Source: Neocallimastix sp. 'constans' (lineage: Eukaryota). Taken from it: a stretch of 64,000 bases of DNA. Every line of letters starts with the position of its first letter. Position 1 is the first letter of the stretch. Positions 57,398-64,000 of the stretch are shown here, piece by piece. The stretch spans positions 1,178,001 through 1,242,000 of the forward strand of contig JBODTK010000001.1 in the NCBI GenBank assembly GCA_050613775.1, read 5' to 3'. The notes under the pieces are model-generated. The model was not told the origin of the DNA. It ran no database searches and saw nothing but the letters and a program-made list of their open reading frames with translations. The position numbers were made by a program, and so were the translations under genes.

Positions 57398-58927
57398 CTA
57401 ATTCCAAATTCTAGCGCATTGTTGTTGAATGGCATTACAATCATTAGATTGACCTTCATAGTATGGCTTAGACCAACATTCTCTAGCTTTGGAGTAACAT
57501 TTATCAGACATTTGATTTTTACAACTCCAATCATTCGAAACGCAACTTAAGTAATCTTCTTCATATGATTGTTGTTGAGTTGGTCTTAAATTTTGTGTGG
57601 AAGTTCTACGTGGAATTGTTTTAGTAGTCTTTGGTGGAAGAGATTTACCAGCTGAAGTCTTTGGTGGAAGAGATTTGCCAGTGGAAGTCTTTGGTGGAAG
57701 AGTTTTACCAGTTGAAGTCTTTGGTGGAAGAGTTTTACCTGCTGAGGTCTTTGGTGGAAGAGACTTATCAGCTGAAGTCTTTGGTGGAAGAGTTTTGCCA
57801 ATGGAAGTCTTTGATGAAAGAGATTTACCAGCTGAAGTCTTTGGTGGAAAAGATTTACCTGCTGAGGTCTTTGGTGGAAGAGTTTTACCAGCAGTAGTCT
57901 TTGGTGGAAGAGACTTACCAGTGGAAGTTTTTGGTGGAAGAGTATTACCAGCAGTAGTCTTTGGTGGAAGAGTTTTACCTGCTGAAGTCTTTGGTGGAAG
58001 AGTTTTACCAGTGGAAGTCTTTGGTGGAAGAGTTTTACCTATTGAAGTCTTTGGTGGAAGAGTTTTAATAGCTGAAGTCTTTGGTGGAAGAGATTTACCA
58101 GCTGAAGTCTTTGGTGGAAGAGATTTGCCAGTGGAAGTCTTTGGTGGAAGAGATTTACCAGTGGAAGTCTTTGGTGGAAGAGTTTTACCAGCAGTAGTCT
58201 TTGGTGGAAGAGATTTGCCAGTGGAAGTCTTTGGTGGAAGAGATTTACCTATTGAAGTCTTTGGTGGAAGAGATTTACCATTGAAAGTCTTTGGTGGAAG
58301 AGATTTGCCATTGGAAGTCTTTGGTGGAAGAGTTTTACCAGTGGAAGTCTTTGGTGGAAGAGTTTTACCTATTGAAGTCTTTGGTGGAAGAGTTTTACCA
58401 GCTGAAGTCTTTGGTGGAAGAGATTTACCTATTGAAGTCTTTGGTGGAAGAGACTTACCAGCTGAAGTCTTTGGTGGAAGAGTTTTACCAGCTGAAGTCT
58501 TCGGTGGAAGAGTTTTACCAGCAGTAGTCTTTGGTGGAAGAGATTTTCCAGTGGAAGTCTTTGGTGGAAGAGATTTACCAGCAGTAGTCTTTGGTGGAAG
58601 AGATTTACCAGTAGAAGTCTTTGGTGGAAGAGACTTACCAGCTGAAGTCTTTGGTGGAAGAGTCTTAGCACCACCACTATTGTTATTATTAATTGGTTCA
58701 CCAGTGTAAGACCAAATTTCACTACATTGACTGTTTATTTCTTGGCATTCTTTATGAGTTTCTGGACTGTATGGTCTTTGCCAACAAGCATTAGCAAGTT
58801 CTTGACATTTTCTAGACTGTTCTTGTTTACATTGAATATCATTAGATCCACAAACAAGATATGGATTAGCCGCCTTAGCAACATTAACAGCAATTAAACA
58901 TAATGTAGTAATAACAACAGATCTCAT
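57398..58927 (-). CDS. Secreted non-catalytic repeat protein B (509 aa), paralog of A: signal peptide, 6-Cys module, ~35 x 10-aa K[ST]LPPKT[ST]xG repeats, 6-Cys module
   Basis: Single ORF with a signal peptide ending in A-K-A. NPYLVCGS starts at the same residue position as in A. Both modules (~58852-58712, ~57544-57404) have the same Cys spacing as A. The 30-bp repeat stays in exact register across ~57630-58670. Confidence 0.92.
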   Translation of the reverse strand: MRSVVITTLCLIAVNVAKAANPYLVCGSNDIQCKQEQSRKCQELANACWQRPYSPETHKECQEINSQCSEIWSYTGEPINNNNSGGAKTLPPKTSAGKSLPPKTSTGKSLPPKTTAGKSLPPKTSTGKSLPPKTTAGKTLPPKTSAGKTLPPKTSAGKSLPPKTSIGKSLPPKTSAGKTLPPKTSIGKTLPPKTSTGKTLPPKTSNGKSLPPKTFNGKSLPPKTSIGKSLPPKTSTGKSLPPKTTAGKTLPPKTSTGKSLPPKTSTGKSLPPKTSAGKSLPPKTSAIKTLPPKTSIGKTLPPKTSTGKTLPPKTSAGKTLPPKTTAGNTLPPKTSTGKSLPPKTTAGKTLPPKTSAGKSFPPKTSAGKSLSSKTSIGKTLPPKTSADKSLPPKTSAGKTLPPKTSTGKTLPPKTSTGKSLPPKTSAGKSLPPKTTKTIPRRTSTQNLRPTQQQSYEEDYLSCVSNDWSCKNQMSDKCYSKARECWSKPYYEGQSNDCNAIQQQCARIWN

Positions 58928-59084
58928 TTTGAAAAAAAAAAAAAAAATATTTTTTTTTTGATTAAAATATCTATTAATAATTATTAATTAAATCTTTATT
59001 TTTTTTTGTATTTATTTCTTTAAAAGACAAAATTCTTCAAGAATTTTAATTAATTTATTTAAAACTACTTTGATAATATTAAAT

Positions 59085-59095
59085 CCAGACTTGCT
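59085..59095 (-). promoter_or_regulatory. Candidate cis-element AGCAAGTCTGG upstream of repeat protein B
   Basis: Exact copy of the 11-mer at 53861-53871, in the same orientation relative to the gene. Confidence 0.55.
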
Positions 59096-59419
59096 GAGAA
59101 TTAGTAATTAAACAAAATAAAATTTTAAATAAATTTAAAATAAAAACCAAACAAAAAAAAGAATTTATTAGTATATAAATAAAAAGATATTTTTTTTATA
59201 AAAACAATTTAGCTTTTACAAAAAAATAATTAATGATGTTTTTATTTATGTAGAGTAAATGAGAAAATTTTTTCTTTTTATACAAAATAAAATATATTAA
59301 TTAAATATATTAACAAAAAGTGGAATTTTTTTTTTAATATAATAATTTTATATATATTTAATGATATGTTTATAAAATATTAAAAATAATTGATTAATTA
59401 AATAATAATTAAAGTTTAT

Positions 59420-59455
<36 letters not shown>

Positions 59456-61542
59456 AAATGTTTAAATGAATATAATATAATTAAGAAATTTTTTATTCAA
59501 TAAACTTCAGTATTTTTAAATGTTTGTATGATAAATTGATTATATTGATTCTTATTTCCTTTATATAACACCTAATATTTAATTATTTGTAATAATAATA
59601 TATCAATAAAATTAATAAAACTAATAAAATTACAATCTTTTTTTTTTATTTTTTTTATTATCATATAGTATAAAATTATTAAAATATATTATTTTTATTG
59701 TTTCTTTTAAATTTATTTATTTATACATTCATTCATTTATTCATATAAACCAGAATTATTTAAAATCTAATATTATTTCTTTTATGAAATTTATTTCTTA
59801 AACTTTCATTATTTAATATTAATTAATAGAAACCATAGTAATTCATTATATTAATAATATTTCAACTATATAAATATATCAAATGATTTTCTTCACAAGA
59901 TAATTTCAGATACAATATTTATCCTTTATTATTATTTTGTATTATTGTTTAAAAAGAAAAAAAAAAATAAAAAAAGAAAAAACTTCTTTTTTTCTTTGAT
60001 TTTTTATTTTTTAAATTTTAAACTTTTTTAATATACATTTAAATAATAAAAAATAAAAATATGGAAAAAAATTAAAAAAAAAAAGTATAACATATAATAA
60101 AAAAATAAATCATTGTATACTTTAATATTAGAAACTAGAAATAAATAATATCAAATAAAATTAAATTTAGTAACAATAAAATCATGGAAAATTTTTATTC
60201 AAATTATTAAATAAAATTTGATCTTCAGAAGTTCTAATGAAGACGAACTTTAATTAATATTTTTTTAAAAAAAAAAAAATACATAAAAAAAAAAAAATAC
60301 ATAAAAAAAAATAAAAAAAAAAAATAAATCTTTTATACAAACTATCATTAATCAGTATTATTTTTGTTTTTGTGAAGAATAATTATAATAATATTAATGA
60401 TATATATAAATAGATTAATAAATTTTATTTATTGATATGATTACTATTATAAAAATATTTTTAATAATTTTATCTTTATAAATTAGTAATTTAAAATAAA
60501 ATAATATAAAATAAAATATTCACTTTATTGATTAAAAATCAAATATTAAATATAATTATTTTCATTATTATTAATATAAAGTTAATATTTAATAGTAAAT
60601 TAAAAGTAATAAAAAAAAATGATAATTAAAAATATATATATATATTATAATTTGTATTTTTTAATGTTTTTAATTATTTATGTTATTTTATATATAATAT
60701 CCAATGAATATATGTAAATAAATTAATCAAAACCGTGGATGTTGTTTTTCTTTTTGAATTTTAAATTTTTATTTTTCTTTTTTTTTTTTAGTGCCTAAAA
60801 TATATATCTACATAGGTTATACTATTACTTATTATTTGTTATTATTGCTTACTACTTATTATTAATTAATTAATTATTTATTTATTTATTAATATATATT
60901 ATTATTATTTATTATTTTTTATTTTTTATTATATACTATATTTTATTATTAGTGTTTTTATAACTAATTTTTATAAAATATTAATTATAATTATTAATTA
61001 TTATTACATTACAATACAGTTAAATTTAAATAATAATGTAAAATATAAAATAATACTAATTTTAAATATTAATAAAATTTTAAAAATAAAATTACCAAAA
61101 ATATATACATTATCATCAATATTCTTAAGCGTATAAAATATCAATAAGAATTTATATTCTATCCAATTCATACTAATTGACCTAATGAATATATTTATTA
61201 TAAAAATTTTTCTTATTATATAATTATAATTGTAATATATATTTAATAATTGGTAGTAAATTTGATTTAAAGATTTAAAAAATGAAAAATATAATAAATT
61301 TTTAATATTAAAATAAAACGATAATTCTTATTATACTTATTTTATACTTATTCTACTAATAAATGCAAATTATTAATATTTTTTAATTTTTTGTCAAACA
61401 TTAAATATAATTAATAAAGTTGATACCAGGTATAAAACTAATAAATATAAATTAATTGGGTTTTATATACATATCCTTTTTGTATTTATATATATATATA
61501 TAATTTATTATTTGAAAATAATAAAAACAAAACAAAACAAAA

Positions 61543-61575
<33 letters not shown>

Positions 61576-62399
61576 TTAAAACACAAATTTTACATTCATA
61601 AAAGGCTAAAAAAAGAAAAAAAAAGTGCTATAACAAGAAAAAAAATAGCAGAAAGAACTTTTTTTTTTTTAATGTTATCTAATAATTAAATTCAAATTAT
61701 ATATATAAATTATTGTTATTTTTTGAATTACGATGAATAATGAAAAACCTTTACTATTATTCATACATATTTCATATTTTATAATTAAGAATAACAAAAT
61801 AATTTAAAAATTATTAATAATATACTTACCAATAAAATAATATTGATTAAACCAGTAAATAATTTAAAACAATTATCTATCTTATTAAATAATTAAATGT
61901 TAAAATATATATAAATAAATTTATTATATTTATTAATTGTTTGAATATGTTATTCAATTAAAAAAAAATATAACTCAAAATTTCATAAATTGAAAAAAAA
62001 ATGACTAATTTGGTAATTCAATATTAAGAATTAATAAGAATGATATAATAGAAATGAAACATTAATGAATATTCTAACGAAATTTGAAAAAAAAAAAAAA
62101 AAAAAAAAAAAAACAATAAAACCTCTATTTTTTCAAAATAACATATAGAGTATATTATAATATAAATATAATATAAATTTAATTTATATATATATATAAT
62201 AAAATTAAATATATACATAATAAAATATATATATATATATAAAATAGAATATATAAAAATAAGGTATCAAATAAAAAGAATATTAAAAAGAAATTTTAAT
62301 AAAAAAAAAAAAAAATAAAAATAAAAATAAAGCTAATGTAATATAATAAAAGTAATGAGAAAATTTAAAAACAATTTTAGTATTATAAAATGAATAGAA

Positions 62400-62870
62400 A
62401 TGATTTCTACCAAAAATATTTAATAGAATAAAACAAAGAAGACTGTAAAGTAAATAGTGCGGTGACTACTGAACTCTTCCTTGAACCAAGAGTAATATTA
62501 TCAGGAGAGTCAATTTCCGTAGATTTGTTGTGTGAAGAACGATTATTACTATTTGGGTTAAGATGTACCAGAAGGACTAGTAATATATAAAGATTCTTCT
62601 TTGCCATATCGGTCCAACGTTGACTCTTTTGGTTGTGAAGGACCTATTACTATACCAATCAAAGAGTAACTCAAGAGAGCATTGATATAATGTGGGTAAA
62701 ATAATCCGTGAGGCTAACTACATACAAAACATTAGACCCAGAATATTTTAATAGAAGTTCTTTTAGATGTCTTTGTTCTCCATTACTGAATTATAGTGCA
62801 TCTAAAGCTAAAGTTCCATCAAGAAAGAACATTAAAATATATTCAATAATTTACTTTTCACAATCTAAAA
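62400..62870 (-). mobile_element. Decayed LINE C-terminal/3'-end relic
   Basis: Minus strand NGEQRHLKELLLKYSGSNVLYVVSLTDYFTHII aligns with DGEQRQLIDNIFK..TVLYFVG..EFLTNVI at ~36500-36620. It is followed by TKRVNVGPIWQR. Confidence 0.5.
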
Positions 62871-63625
62871 TGGATGAATAGAAAGAAAATAAATAATAAT
62901 AATAATGATAATAATAAATTAAAATATGGCATATATTCATAAAGAATAACTAATTTTTTACTAACTCAAAGTTCATAGAATAAAAATAATATATTTCTTG
63001 TTTATAGATTTAAATCGTAAACATTATGTTATATATATATATATATATATATATTTTAATAAAGATACTAAATTAATAAATAATATATAAATTATATAAA
63101 AAATACAGAAAAAGAAATAATAAATGTATGCTTCATTTTATTTTTATTTGTATTTTTATTTATATTTTTATATGTAATTTTATTTGTTTTTATATTTGCA
63201 TTTGTATATGTATATGTATTTGTATTTTAATTTTTACTTTTATTTTTATTTATATTTTTACTTTTATTTTTATTTTTATTTATATTTTTACTTTTATTTA
63301 TATTTTTATTTTATTAATATTCTTATTTAATTTTTTTTTTATTACTATTAATATTATTATTAATTAAATTATATATTAAACAATAAAAAATAATATATAC
63401 AATTATAAAAATTTAAAAAAAAAAAATTAAATAAAAATAAAAAAAAAAGAAAAATAAAAATAAAAAAAAAAAAAAGAAAAAGAAAAATATAAAAATAAAA
63501 ACTAATAAAAATTAATAAAAAATAAAATAAATCTTAATTCAATCATTATACTAAAATTGTTTTTCATATTTATAAGATTAATTATTATTATTAACAATTA
63601 TTATTAACAATTATTATTGTTATTA

Positions 63626-63666
<41 letters not shown>

Positions 63667-64000
63667 GTCAATTAAAGAAAAAAGTTTTTTTTTTTTTTTA
63701 TTGTTTGTTAAATGTATAAATATAATAATAAAAATTATATATAAATATATATTGTGGGAAATATATAAGAAAAAGGAAAGAATTATTTCTAAAAGTATTT
63801 TTTTTTTTTTTTTTTTTTTTTAATAAAAATACTAAATAGGTAAAGGGAAGGGAAAATTTTATATTTCATAAATGATAATGACAATAATAACCATTGGTCT
63901 TAAAAAAGATTATATATATATTATAAATTATTTTATTTTATTTTTTTTAATATAAAATTTTTTTTATTATCATTTTCTGTTGTGTCTTTTTTTTGTTTGT

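Noticed and set aside
57630..58670. Regular 30-bp array with a constant TCTTTGGTGGAAGAG core, superficially CRISPR-like
   Set aside because: The intervening parts are near-identical rather than unique spacers, the array is in-frame coding sequence, the locus is eukaryotic, and no cas genes are present.
57597..58709. 370-aa + strand ORF (EVFGGRDLP repeats) and smaller overlapping ORFs
   Set aside because: Antisense shadow of the 30-bp repeat in protein B.
51666..58927. Assigning the 6-Cys modules to fungal dockerins or the proteins to cellulosome scaffoldins
   Set aside because: They lack the dockerin YPCC and WGVEN..WC signatures and have no membrane anchor. Left unassigned pending an HMM search.
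62407..62607. 66-aa ORF that looks like a small secreted or GPI-tailed peptide
   Set aside because: It lies inside the decayed LINE 3' relic, and its ATG falls within a motif shared with another relic.

Overview
Extremely AT-rich, intron-containing eukaryotic DNA, full of poly(A/T) and (AAT)n tracts. Composition, gene content and KTLP-type linkers point to an anaerobic gut fungus (Neocallimastigomycota); this is inferred, not verified. Seven genes can be assembled by hand from GT-AG junctions: an ankyrin + DILUTE-domain protein (-), replication factor C subunit RFC4 (-), a site-2 protease (+), a ~3370-aa Num1/ApsA-like cortical dynein anchor (+), a Nab2/ZC3H14-like CCCH poly(A)-binding protein (-), and two tandem paralogous secreted proteins (-). 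The Nab2-like gene has a hidden last zinc-finger exon 1.8 kb beyond its ORF. The intergenic space holds an ankyrin pseudogene, a stray 28S rRNA fragment and several decayed LINE retrotransposon pieces. The best candidate for an undescribed system is the pair of non-catalytic 'dumbbell' secreted proteins (51666-58927). Each has a signal peptide, an unassigned six-cysteine module at both ends and a long basic KTLP-repeat spacer, and both genes share an 11-bp upstream element. All assignments come from reading the sequence; no searches were run.
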